In this document: positions 39,601 to 51,892 of the stretch, one piece after another | Position numbering within the stretch: position 1 is the first letter of the stretch | Layout of the letters: each line of letters opens with the position of its first letter | Assembly (NCBI RefSeq): GCF_964194155.1 | Contig: NC_135902.1 | Span: 27,590,001 to 27,654,000, forward strand | Origin: Cetorhinus maximus | Taxonomy: Eukaryota | Length of the DNA stretch: 64,000 nucleotides | Reading direction: 5' to 3' | The notes under the pieces: model-generated | What the model was told of the DNA's origin: nothing | Seen by the model: only the letters and a program-made list of their open reading frames with translations | Database searches by the model: none | Program-made: the position numbers and the translations under genes

Positions 39601-40502
39601 TCAGCCAAATCTTCCTAGAAAAATAATGCCATATTAATAATGTACACTGTTATTAGTGCGTAAATCAGCCATGAAGTTCAGGGGATTAAGAGATATACCA
39701 TGAGCTGTGAATCTCTGGTGCTTGCTGGTTGATTGACACCGCTCTGCCATTTGCCTCACACAAACAGCATCTTGTTCTTAGCCTCCCACAATTGTTAAGA
39801 ACTTGCTAGATGTTGTACATTATTTGCTCAAGGCATTTGCACAAGCATCCTTATAGAGACATGTTAATCGTTAATGCAATGCCAATCAATTTCCCTGATC
39901 CAGAAAGGGAACAATTTCAATTGTTGAGTCTCATTCCTGCATGTAATAAATTGCTAGAGAATTTTTAAAAATCAATTTTTCATTCTTTCTTACTTTTCCT
40001 TTATGTTTCTCTTATCTCCCTCTCTCGTAATCTGATCTTTCTTTCCCTCTATTCTCTTTCTGTACTTGATTTGACTTTAATTGAAAAGCAAATACGGCAG
40101 ACGCTGGAAATCATCCTGTTTCTCCATCATTCCTCCATTAGTTTTCAGTCTTCAAATGCTTTTGGTTAAGGGGATTTGCTGTTAGTCGCGCTGTTCACAA
40201 AAACCATAGGGTTCATAATGGCACAGAAGGAGACCACTGTGACTATTGAGTCCATGCCAGCTCTCTGCTGAGCAATCCAATCACTCCTGCCCCAGGTGCT
40301 CTATTGCCCTCACCGCCAGGTTATGAAACCTCCAACAAGATTTTGAGCTGAAGGATGCAGAGACAGTCTATTTAATGGCATATGGCATGAGCCACTATGC
40401 TCTAGAATTTCATTTTTTGTGCTGGCATTAGATTAGGTGTGACATTTGTAGTTCTTTTATTTGAAAGAGCTCAAAAGGTACACAGCTATTTCTAATTTTA
40501 AT

Positions 40503-42385
40503 GGCCCAGATTTTGTGGTCAATGGCAAAGGAATGGCACTCATCATTCACCTCAGAGGCTGCTGCCCACAAGGCCTTTGGAGGGTTTAGAGTGTAGAATT
40601 GCTCTAATCTATCTGATCCAGCATTGTGCCCCCTTCCCCAGACAGTGAATCTGTGGCAGGAGAAAATCAGTGATGCTCTTCAATCAAGTAGATCAAAAAA
40701 CCCTCACTAAGACACAAAGATCTAGATTTTCACAGAGTCATGGAGAGTCCATGACGTATCCAAAATGGTGGTGAGAACCCGGATCCAGAATTCCTGCCCC
40801 CATTTCTGATGGATCTTATTTTCGCCGGTTGGGGAATGGAGGGCAGAACATAATTCACACATAGGGGAATCCAGAACTTAACAGTGCCATTTGAACTCAG
40901 TGCTGACCACATTTTTGCTGGAGTGAGGCCCTTATCCCACAGTGTGCAGTTTTTAGGACAGATAAGGTCCGTAGAACTGTCAAGCTGTCAAATTATTTAA
41001 ATCCCCTTCCCTTTAAATTTTGAGGAAAAAAACAATCTTCCTGTGTCTGTTAGTTGAAAACAATGTAGAGCAAAACTGCATGCAGTTTCGATAGATGTTC
41101 GGTGACATGACCCTAAGGGCTATCATGAAAGCATTATTACTGCTTGACTGCTTTCACAACATGTCATTATCACAGTCGGGGAGCTGTACGTTCACAGTTT
41201 GATTGACAGCTGCATGAGGTTATTAAATGATTAGCGGTCTTTGATGTCGAGGTATGAATAGAAAAAGTTGTTTTTATAAGGAATTACCTACTTGAGGAGA
41301 TTTAAATGTGTTGAATGAGCTTTTACGAATATGAGTGATATTTTTATATAGTGAAGTCTGTAATAGATACTTAGAACTTTATTTCATCTCAGCCTGATTC
41401 CTGAGGTCTGTCCATGGTGGATACTGGGTGAGTTGGAAAGGAGGATGTAAGGGCAAAGGGTGGTACTTGGGGAGTTATGAGTTGGTAGTAAGTTGGCATG
41501 GGGTTATATTGGGCCATGGGGGTGAGTGGGTGGCATGGGCTGTATGAGGGGTCAGTAGGGGTTGTGAAGGGGTGTGGGTTGGCATGAGTTTACATGGCTG
41601 GGGCATGCGGAGTGAGTGGGGTGGTGAGGGGCTGTGAGGGGTGAAGGCTGGAGGGCTTAATATTTAACAACACAATTGCAACAACATTCCAGAGAACACT
41701 TGGCACTTGGCAGCACCTGTGGCCACCTCCAATCTGTGTACAGGGGTGACTGGCCAGACTACAGCACACACCACCCTCCCACCCACCCCCACCCCGGAAT
41801 GAAGTTCCTGCATTTGGGGCACTTTTCCCCAAGGCAGGTGCAGCAAGTCAGGAAACTCAACTCTGCGCACCCACCTCAGGAGTGAACATCCAGGCTAAAG
41901 GGTCTAAATTAGGAAGTATAAATCAGGAAATATCCATTTGATTAATATCCTGTACAGAAAGTGAAATAAAGATTGGGAAATAGAGATAGGATTAACAGAG
42001 TGAGATAAAAGCAACATACTAGAATTTTTTTAAAAACCTCCAAAGCTGATTTTCTTCTCATGAAATGAGTCTCTATACCTATAAATTTAAATTTTCTGGG
42101 CCAGAGAGTTTGACAAAAGTTATCACTTATCACACTTGCTCCTGAATGCACTGGGCTAAACTTTTTATGCCACGTTTAGTGAGGAACGAGTGGCCAAGTT
42201 CATGATGTTGTATCCATTTCAGTACCGGGTCTATCAGTGAGGACTGCAACTGTGCATCCTGTGAAGGAACAGGATAACTCCTACATCAATTTACGTATTT
42301 AACTACATATATGCAGATAGCAGAAGTTGTTTATAATGATGAACACTGCTAACTTCACTATTATCCATATCACAAAATCTGGCCC
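40503..42385. mobile_element. Old Harbinger-type element (TIR GGGCCAGATTTTGTG) with a nested element at about 40740-41896
   Basis: ggcccagattttgtg at 40503 and cacaaaatctggccc at 42371-42385 are inverted repeats with one mismatch. The inner part is homologous to 22865-24950. Confidence 0.6.
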
Positions 42386-42629
42386 ATAATCTTTCAATAC
42401 AACAGTCCCAGAATCAACAATGTTGTGAGCAGATAATTGTCCCAGATACTCAATGACAAACTTAGTGGCAGTGTACAGTCATACTGAAATATTCAGATGC
42501 CAGTACTGCAGTCGACAGAGTACAGTCAAAGATGTAAATAGTGATTATAAGAATCTGTTCAGCAGATTAAACTTTTGGAAGTGATTGCGCATTTCTGTGA
42601 GCAGAGAAGTAATAAAATGTTTGTTCGTC

Positions 42630-43620
42630 CACAGTCAAGAGCACTGTGTCCACTTTTGGACATCCCATTTGGAAGAAAGGACATTAGGGATGTCCAAAAG
42701 TGCGTGCAGGTATGCAGATGCAGCAATTAAGTGATTAGGAAGGCATATGGAATGGCTGTATTTATTGCAAGGGGAATCACATATACCAGTAGGAAAGTTA
42801 CACTGCAGTTGTACAGGACATCAGTGAGACCACATCTGGAGTATTGTGTATGATTTTGGTCTCTTTGCTTAAGAAAGGATACAGTTGCACTAGAAACAAT
42901 TCAGTGAAGGTTCCAACTGAATCCTGGGATGAAGGAGTTATCTTATGAAGAAATGTTGAGCAGTTGGACCTGTATCCATTGGAGTTTAGAAGAATGAGGG
43001 TGATCTTATTGAAACATGTAAGACCCTGAGAGCAGAGTGGGTGCTGAGGGGATGTTGGAGAGTCTAGAACCAAGGGACACAGTTTTAAAATTGGGGGTCT
43101 CCTATTTAAAACTGAGATAAGGAGAATTTTTTTTCTCTCAGAGGGTCGTTAGTCTGTGGAATTCTCTTCCCCAAAGAACAGTGGAGGCTGGGTTATTTCA
43201 TTTATTCAAGGCTGAGTTAAATAGATTTTTGATCAGCTAATGGAGTCAAAGGTTATGGGGGACAGACAGTTGAGGCCACAATCAGATCAGCCATGATCTT
43301 ATCAAATGGTGGAGCAGGCTCGAGGGGCTGAATGGCCTCCTCCTGCTCCTAATTCTTGTGTTCTTATGTATTTGGGACAAAACATATTAAAACAATAGGG
43401 AGCATTTAGTGTAGGTTGCACCAAGAGTAATGCCAGAGATTGGAAACATCTAGAAGAAAGATTTGAGCTGCTGGATTTTTTGCACTGGACCCGAAGAGGC
43501 TAAGAATAGATTTAATTGAGGCTTTTGAAATTATGAAAAATTTTGATCAAATGCATTGGGAAAAGCCAATTATCTCTGTTGGGGGAGTCAGCGGCAAAGT
43601 ATCATTAATTTAAAATTGTC
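42630..43620 (+). mobile_element. CR1 3' fragments: a younger copy (about 42720-43370) apparently inside an older copy
   Basis: RPHLEYCV-like and LSYEE-like motifs, 3' UTR agatcagccatgatcttatcaaatgg...tcttgtgttcttatg. Flanking older CR1-like sequence at 42630-42710 and 43400-43620. Confidence 0.75.
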
Positions 43621-45740
43621 ACCATGTTATCACCCAAGATGGCTGAGATGACAATTTATGAGTGGCAAGGTGATCTGTGAGAAATGTAATTCAGTTTTAC
43701 ATGAATAACAAACAAGGCAGTTCTCCATTTTCTTTGTCTTCTAGTTTCTTCGATTCTGATTTTTTAAAACTTGTGACCAGTGTGAAATTCTGGAGTGTTG
43801 CACAGTAGGTAATTTTTTGGCTAGGCAGGCATTGTGTTTGTGACAAGCACTTTCATGTTCTGTTCAATCGGGAGATGATTGACTTTATGCTCTATTTTGG
43901 GGCCATTTTTTTTTTAATGATGCAGTCACTTTACTGTGAGGAAAGAGAACAATTGCACATCTTTGCTCACATTGGCATTGTATGCAAGTGACAAGGTGAT
44001 ATTTCTTGAATACGGTCAGATATTTTTTGCCTTGTATTGCATCATTTTGTGAACAGATTTCAATAAATGCAACACTTAATTTCAAAGAAAATCAAATTGT
44101 ATGAGAGTTCTTTAAATTACACATTTGTCTCAAAGTTGTTCTGCAAAGGAGAGATTGGTGTGGAAAGTAGGTGCATAATTAGCAGATAATAGAATTTGCA
44201 GTAACATTGCAGTGTTTGGGTATTTTTTATTATTACTGCATAAACAGAAGTATAGTCCTTGGGTAATACACATTTTTCATATCTCTTAATAAATTGATTT
44301 ATCTGCCTAAATTCATCCCCAACACAAAAAAATTCACATGGAACTGGGTTGTAAATTGCCAATATATTTACATTATACCTATAGTTTTTTTCCCTCAAAT
44401 TTTGTATTTTTTCTAGGCCTCAGTTCTTGTCCATGTGTGGGAATGGCATTGTCAATGAGACTGAGTGAAGCTGTTATCTCTGAGGCCGCTAATGGTTGTG
44501 CATTTCAGGAAGGAGATTCAAAGAGCCTGCTGTATTCAGTTCACCTCTGAAGAAGTCTGTTGTCAGAAGCAGACAGATTCTTTTTTTCCTCCTGTACCTT
44601 AACACTTTGGTGGTTGCTATGGCTATCTCCTTGGAAATCAGTTGTTCGGAACTGGAAGCAATGCTGGGGGCAGTCTGAGTTCATCCACGTCACATGAGTC
44701 ATTTGAAATAGTCTCGTGCCTCACAGTTGGCTATCATAACTAGGTCTGGTCACTGGCCTAATTCACGGAGGTTAGTTCGGTTCCAAAGAAACAGAAATAA
44801 ACACACCGTCTTACAATTCTGCTGAATTGAAGTGGTGATTAGTGAATAAGTGAGGAAAAATTGAAAATCTTCAACAATTTTCCATCACACCCAGTGTATT
44901 TGCTCACTAACTAAATGATTTTGTTTTACCAGAAGAGTATTGATTTATTTTCCTTTAGTCCAAACATTTTCTCTATTTATAGTCTTGATTAATCCAGTTG
45001 CTGTTGAGACCTGCAATATTTCAGTAATATGCTAAGCCACAATGAATTGCATGCGTGACTAGTACAACTCCACACTAGAAATTTGTCAGTGTTGTTTTGT
45101 TTTTAGTGAGCCACACGGTGCTCTGGCATGGCCCCTAATGCCACAAATCAGGTTTGCCCTTGTATATTTAGATTTTAAAAATGCTTTTGTGTAATATGAC
45201 TGAAAATGTGAGCTGGTAACACCCTGTGAGGGAAATCTGAGTAAACAGGGAAACAATTCCTTAACCGATCAGATTGGAGGATTGTGAAATTTACGGCAGA
45301 AGGTCTGAGAAAGGAATGCAAACTAGAGTAGGTGAATCCAATGTTAAATCAGATACGGGGAGATAAATAAAGAGAGGGAAAGAAAGAGTCAGGGAAAAAT
45401 GACAGAACAAAATTTTTTTTTTAAATGACTTTTTCAAATCTCTAACGTCAATTAAAACCTAAATGAATGAGACGCCAAGCTTTTAATAGTTAAAATTCAG
45501 TTCCAGACTTAGCTTTCTGCTGCGAGTTTAGCCTGCGCCCACTGAGTAAATATAGCAGCTTCATCCCATTCAATGTATTTCCAATGGTGAGGCAGCCAGC
45601 AAGATGCTTCTGAGAGAAAATGGTGGAGCAAGGCATCTGGAACAGCAATTTTTAGAATTCCACATTTTAACTGTGCATCAGCCTTTGCCTGAAGTTACAA
45701 TAGCATTTGTGCATCAATAATGGTGAGCACCCTTGGCTGC

Positions 45741-45965
45741 TGTGAAGGGTTAACATCAGAAGCACTTGATGCTGATGTAACTATGATGTAATCTCACATG
45801 ACCAAGTGGCAAAGATCAGGAGGGAAGGAGAAGTATAACCTCATGTAGGATTACTAAATTTAAATTGAGCTGCAAATAAATAAAACTTCGGTCTTAAGTA
45901 GCTTTCTTAGTGAAACGGTTAAATCCTAAAGAGGCCCACCTTGACCCCAAACACAAGACGAAACA
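45741..45965 (+). repeat. Gypsy 5' LTR
   Basis: Shares aagggttaaca, cacatgaccaagt, ggagggaaggagaagta, aaataaataa, gtagctttcttag and caaacacaagacg with the 3' LTR. Followed by a PBS-like tgtggcagtgg. Confidence 0.85.
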
Positions 45966-46229
45966 TTGTGGCAGTGGACAGCGAGTAAAAGACCCAGAAA
46001 AACTCCAAGAAAAGACTGCAGGCCTGACAGACCTACAGATCCTTGGAAGAAGGATAAAAAGAAAACTGATTGAAGGTGCATCTGAAAACTCGGAACATCA
46101 TGGGTGCAGCTGATGTAAGCTGAGACACAAACCCAGAGTCTGGACAGCAGTGAGCACAGACCAGAACACTTACAAACCAGACTACTGAAGCAGCTGCATA
46201 CCTAGAGCTTAGGACATGGAGTCTGCATT

Positions 46230-46635
46230 GCCAATCCCCAGAACTATTCCAAAGCACTGAAGGCTTGCAACAGGCTCAACACTGGGACAAGTGGAGAAGG
46301 AGGTTTTCCAGATATCGAACAGCTTCAGGTTTTTATAGAAAGGGACAAAGGGATCAGCTCAGTACTTTACTCTATGCAGTTGGAGCTATAGCCAAAGATG
46401 TTCATAGTGAGACAGGGAATCGATGAGGACTCAAGTCCTTATGACGAAGTCCATACAGGTATTTGATTCGTATTTCAGTGTTCAAAAAAATGTAATCATT
46501 GAAGGAACAAAGTTTAATAAGCGGAAACCAAAACTGGGTAAATGCATGGATTCATTCATTAATGATATGCACGGGCTAGCAGAAAATTGCAACTACAAGA
46601 TCCTGAAAGATGTATTAATATGTGATTGCATCGGT
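46230..46635 (+). pseudogene. Gypsy gag N-terminal remnant
   Basis: WDKWRRRFSRYRTASG...QLSTLLYAVG; FDSYFSVQKNVIIEGTKFNKR...DSFINDMHGLAENCNY...DVLICDCI. Confidence 0.8.
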
Positions 46636-46647
46636 TTGACTTTTTCA

Positions 46648-46738
46648 GAGGCGATGGCTTAGTGGTATTGTCACTGGACTAGTAATCCAGAGACCCAGGG
46701 TAATGTTCTGGGGACCCGGGTTCGAATCCCGCCATGGC
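46648..46738 (+). promoter_or_regulatory. tRNA-derived (tRNA-Ser(AGA)-like) Pol III head at the LINE 5' end
   Basis: A box TGGCTTAGTGG 46655-46665; anticodon arm CTGGA-CTAGTAA-TCCAG; long variable-arm hairpin; B box GGTTCGAATCC 46719-46729. No good acceptor stem, so not a functional tRNA gene. Confidence 0.8.
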
Positions 46739-49600
46739 AGATGGTTGAACTTGAATTCAATAAAAATCTAGAATTAAAAGTCTAATGATGACCATGAAAC
46801 CATTGTCGATTGTTGTAAAAAGCCATCTGGTTCACTAATGTCCTTTAGGGAAGGAAATCTGTTGTCCTCACCTGGTCTTGCCTACATGTGACTCCAGACC
46901 AACAGCAATATGGTTAACTCTTAAATGCCCTCTGAAATGGCCTAGTAAGCCACTCAGTTGTAACAAACTACTACAAAGACACAAAAAAGGAATGAAACTG
47001 GACGGACCACCCGGCATCGACCCAGGCATCGGAAATGACAACGGCAACATTGCAGCACTGTCGACCCTGCAAAGTCCTCCTTACTAACATCTGGGGGCTC
47101 GTGGCGAAATTGGGAGAGCTGTCTCACAGACCAGTCAAGCAACAGCCTGACATAGTCATCCTCACGGAACCATACCTTACAGATAATGTCCCAGATTCCT
47201 CCATCACCATCCCTGGGAATGTCCTGTCCCACCGGCAGGACAGACCCAGCAGAGGTGGCGGCACAGTGGTATACAGCTGAGAGGGAGTTGCCCTGAGAGT
47301 CCCCAACATCAACTCCAGACCCCATGAAGTCTCATGGCATCAGGTCAAACATGGGCAAGGAAACCTCCTGCTGATTACCACGTACTGCCCTCCCTCAGCT
47401 GATGAATCAGTGCTCCTCCATGCTGAACATCACTTGGAGTAAGTGCTGAGAGCGGCAAGGGTGCAGAATGTACTCTGGGTGGAGGACTTCAATGTCCATC
47501 ACCAAGAGTGGCTTGGTAGTACCGCTACTGACCCAGCTGGCCAAGTCCTAAAGGACATAGCTGCTGGGCTGGGTCTGTGGCAGGTGATGAGGGAACCAAC
47601 AAGAGGGAAAAACATACTTGACCTCATCCTCACCAACCTGCCTGCCGCAGATGCATTTGTCCATGACACTATCGGTGGGAGTGACCGCCGCACAGTCATT
47701 GTGGAGACGAAGTCCCCCCTTCACATTGAGGATAACCCCATCATGTTGTGTGGCACTACCACCGTGCTAAATGGGATAGATTTCGAACAGATCTAGCAAC
47801 TCAAGTGAGGCATCCATAAAGCTCTGTGGGCCACCAGCAGCAGCAGAATTGTACTCGAACACAATCTGCAAACTTATGGCCCTGCGTTTCCCCCACTCTG
47901 CCATTACCATCAAGCCAGGGGATCAACCCTGGTTCAATGAAGAGTGCAGGAGGGCATGCCAGGAGCAGCACCAGGCATACCTAAAAATAAGGTGTCAACC
48001 TGGTGAAGCTATAACATAGGATTACTTGTGTGCCAAACAGCCTAAGTAGCAAGTGATAGAGCTAAGCGATCCCACAACCAACGGATCAGATCTAAGCTCC
48101 GTAGTTCTGCCACATCCAGTCGTGAATGTTGGCGGACAATTAAACAACTCACTGGAGGAGGGGTCTCCACAAACATCCTCACCCTCAATGAAGAAGGAGC
48201 CCAGCACAGCAGTGCAAAAGATAAGGCTAAAGCATTCGCAACAATCTTTAGCCAGAAGTGCTGAGTGGACGATCCATCTCGGCCCCCTCTGGAAGTCCCC
48301 AGCATCACAGGTGCCAGTCTTCAGCCAATTCAAATCACTGCTTAACTTGCCACGCCCCTAGCTAAGCTGTTCCAGTACAGTTACAACACTGGCATTTACC
48401 CGGCTATGTGGAAAATTGCCAAGGTATGTCCTGTACACAAAAAGCAGGACAAATCCAACCCGGCCAATTACCACCCCATCAGTCTACTCTCGATCATCGG
48501 TAAAGTAATAGAAGTGGTCATCAACAGTACTATCAGGTGGCACTTGCTTAGCAATAACCGCTCACTGATGCCCAGTTTGGGATCCACCAGGGCCATTCAG
48601 CTTCTGACCTCATTACAGCCTTGGTTCAAACATGGACAAAAAAACTGAACTCCCAAGGTGAGGTGAGAGTGACTGCCCTTGACATCCTCACCAACCTGCC
48701 TGCTGCAGATGCATTTGTCCATGACAGTATCGGTAGGAGTGACAACCGCACAGTCATTGTGGAGACGAAGTCCCCCCTTCACATTGAGGATAACCCCATC
48801 ATGTTGTGCGGCACTACCACCATGCTAAATGGGACAGATTTCGAACAGATCTAGCAACTCAAGTAAGGCAACCATAAAGCTCTGTGGCATCAAGGCAGCA
48901 TTTGACCGAGTGTGGCATCAAGGAGCCCTAGCGAAACTGGAGTTACTGGGAATCAAGGGGAAAACTCTCCACTGGTTGGAGTCGTTCCTAGCACGAAGGA
49001 AGGTGGTTGTGGTTGTTGGAGATCAGTCATCTCAGCTCCAGGGCATCACTGCAGGAATTTCTCAGGGTAGTGTCCTAGGCCCAACCATCTTCAGTTGCTT
49101 CATCAATGACCTTCCTTCCATCATAGAGTCAGAAGTGGGGATTTTCGCTGATGATTGCACAATGTTCAGCACCATTTGTGACTCCTCAGATACTGAAGCA
49201 GTCTATGTTCAAAAGCAGCAAGACCTGGACAATATCCAGGCTTGGGCTGACAAGTGGCAAGTAACATTCGTGCCACACAAGTGTCAGGCAATGACCATCT
49301 CCAACAGGAGAGAATCCAACCATCGCTCCTTGATACTCAATGGCATTACCTTCACTGAATACTATCAACATCCTGGGGGTTACCATTGACCAGCAACTGA
49401 ACTGGACTAGCCATATAAATACTGGCTACAAGAGCAGGTCACAGGCTAAGAATCGTGTGACGAGTAACTCACCTCCTGACTCCCCAAAGCCTGTCCACCA
49501 TCTACAAGGCACAAGTCAGGAGTGTGATGAAATGCTCCCTACTTGCTTGGATGAGTGCAGCTCCCACAACACTCAAGTAGCTTGACACCATCCAGGACAT
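46648..49600 (+). mobile_element. ORF2-only LINE (CR1/L2-group-like endonuclease plus RT) inserted into Gypsy gag; internal deletion, internal duplication, 3' truncated
   Basis: VLLTNIWGL...PDIVILTEPYL...HRQDRPSRGGG, WVEDFNVHH, EPTRGKNILDLIL, WKIAKVCPVHKK...NYHPISLLS, ALD/IKAAFDRVWH, QGSVLGPTIFSCFINDLP, FADD. Confidence 0.9.
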
Positions 49601-49759
49601 CTCATCCATCTCACCAACACACTACAAATCGTACGACCGACTGAGCTCAGAAAGCAAAATAAAGCAGTTGTTCCCACGGAAACAAATGAATGAGATCATT
49701 CAATACATCAGATGGAAAAGAGAACATTAAAGCAGAAGCCCGTGAAATCGGGGGAAAAG

Positions 49760-49900
49760 TGCACCAACCGCCTTCTTGAAATGCTCTCGGTGTGTCAGGA
49801 AAAACCTGCAAAAGAGGGAAGAATTCCCGGCATGGAGAGCAGAGTGCCACACCTGTGGAAAGTTAGGACATTTTAAAATTGGCTGCCAATCTAAAACACA
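49760..49900 (+). pseudogene. Gypsy gag zinc-knuckle remnant
   Basis: CSRC...PAWRAECHTCGKLGHFKIGC (CX2CX4HX4C). Confidence 0.8.
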
Positions 49901-50029
49901 AGTAGCTCATAAGAAGAAAGAGAAAACAATAAAGCCAAACCAAATACAAAAAGTGGAAGAGCCACAGATAAACAAATAATCTTACTAGTTAATGAAGTTA
50001 GTGAAACAGAAAATAATTACTGGAGCATG

Positions 50030-51620
50030 AAACTGGAATATCACCTGAAATTCCAGCGCACTACAATCCAACAATTACCAACAATGCTGGCAGCAGACAC
50101 ATTGTCTACAGGTTTGGGTGCAGCTTTCTTTCAAGTTGAAAAAGATGGTAAAAGAAGACCAGTTTATTATGCATCAAGATCACTCACAGACACAGAGAAA
50201 AGGAATGCAACCATTGAGAAAGAAGCGTTGGCAGCCAAACTGGTGTGCGAGAAGTTCTCTGGTTATGTGATGGGTTTAAGGTTTAAAATTAAAATTGACC
50301 ACAAGCCTTTGGTTACTCTTCTTAACCTAAAGGAGATTGCAAAGATACCTAGAATTCAATGTTTCAGACTCAGACAAATGAGACACAATACATTCACTGA
50401 GTACATTCAAGAGAAGTGCCAGATGGCAGCTGATGCACTGTCAAGAACACTAGTGGAAGGAACCAATGTGGAAGATATGGATTTCATTGAGGAAGTGGAA
50501 GCATAGACTTCAATCATTACCAAACACTTAACAGCCACTGAGAAGAGACTACAAGAGGTTAAGCAAGCAGAACAGCAGGATGATAAATGCATCCAAATAA
50601 AAGAGTATTGTCAGAGAGGGTGGCCAGATTATCCACCTAACAACCCAATACTACACCAGTACTTCGAACAGAGAAAACATCTCACAACCATTGATGATTT
50701 CTTAGTTATAATGACAGACAAGTCATCCAGAAAACACTTCAACATGACATTCTCTAAAAAAAAACATCAAGGTCACTTAGGGATATTGAAATGCCGAGCA
50801 AGAGCTTGGCAATCAGTGTGGTGGCCAAGCATTAGTCGTTCTCTCAAAGAATTAATCTTGAATTACCTTATACATGCAGTGAATAGCCAACAGCAGAGTG
50901 AACCGCTGGCACCCTCCACTTTTCCATTGTGGCCTTGGGAATAGATTTATTTGAGTTTAAGGGCAAAGTATTTATCATCATCATTGATTACTACTCCAGA
51001 TGGATTGAAGTGAAATAGATTGCACAGCGTCACAGTGGAGGCACTCATTCAATCACTGAAGAGAATCTTCACCACACATGGCTTCCCAGACATTGTAAAG
51101 TCAGAAAACGGCCCACAGTTTGCTAACAAAGTATTCCACAACTTTGTGCAGGAATGTGGTTTCATGCATATGACTAGCTTGCCTAGATGTCCTCAATCGA
51201 ATGGAGAAGCAGAAAGAGGAGTCAAACAATCAAGGAACTGATGAGGAAGAATGAAGATATTAACTTAGCCCTTAGTTACAGAACCTCACCACTACAAAAC
51301 GGATACTCACTGTCAGAGTTGTCAATGGGAAGAGAACTAAAAACGCAACTTCCAGCGCTAGAACAAAAAACTGTGAGCAAACATGACATCAGATGATCAT
51401 GAGAGAGTTAAAAATTGTGAGGAGCAACAAAGACGCAATCAAGCTTGTAACTTCAACTTCAGACACAGAGCACAAGGCTTAAAACTGCTGTAGCCCAGAG
51501 AGGGAGTATGGGTACGAGACCAACAGAAAAAATACATAATAGTAGAAAAAGCTCCTCAACCAAGGTCTTATAGAATCAAAACGGACCAAGGAAATATCAG
51601 AAGGAGCCAAAAAGTCTTGA
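50030..51620 (+). pseudogene. Gypsy pol remnant: RNase H plus integrase
   Basis: AADTLSTGLGA...RPVYYASRSLTDTEKRNATIEKEALA...DHKPLV...AADALSR; HQGHLGILKCRARAWQSVWWP; IIDYYSRWIE; IFTTHGFPDIVKSENGPQF...PQSNGEAERGV; LSYRTSPL. Confidence 0.9.
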
Positions 51621-51892
51621 AATCCTTGGAAAGGAAGCCAATAGCAACTTGCTATTCAGATCTGGATGGAGACAAGGAACAAGAAACAAGGCAAAGCTCT
51701 ACACCCAGGAGAAGGACACTCATATCCAAGGAAGAGAGATTGTAGGTAGTCCTCAACCTCAGAATGAGATCTGAACAAGATCAGGGAGTTTGGTCAAAGC
51801 ACCACAGGTACGAACCCTGTGAAGTCTGAGACTTTGCGGGGAGATGTAGAATAAGATAATTGTATATAATTGGGATGAAGACTTGGGGGAGA

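Noticed and set aside
46648-46738. Functional tRNA-Thr(AGT) gene
   Set aside because: No proper acceptor stem, Ser-like long variable arm, and it sits at the start of a retroelement.
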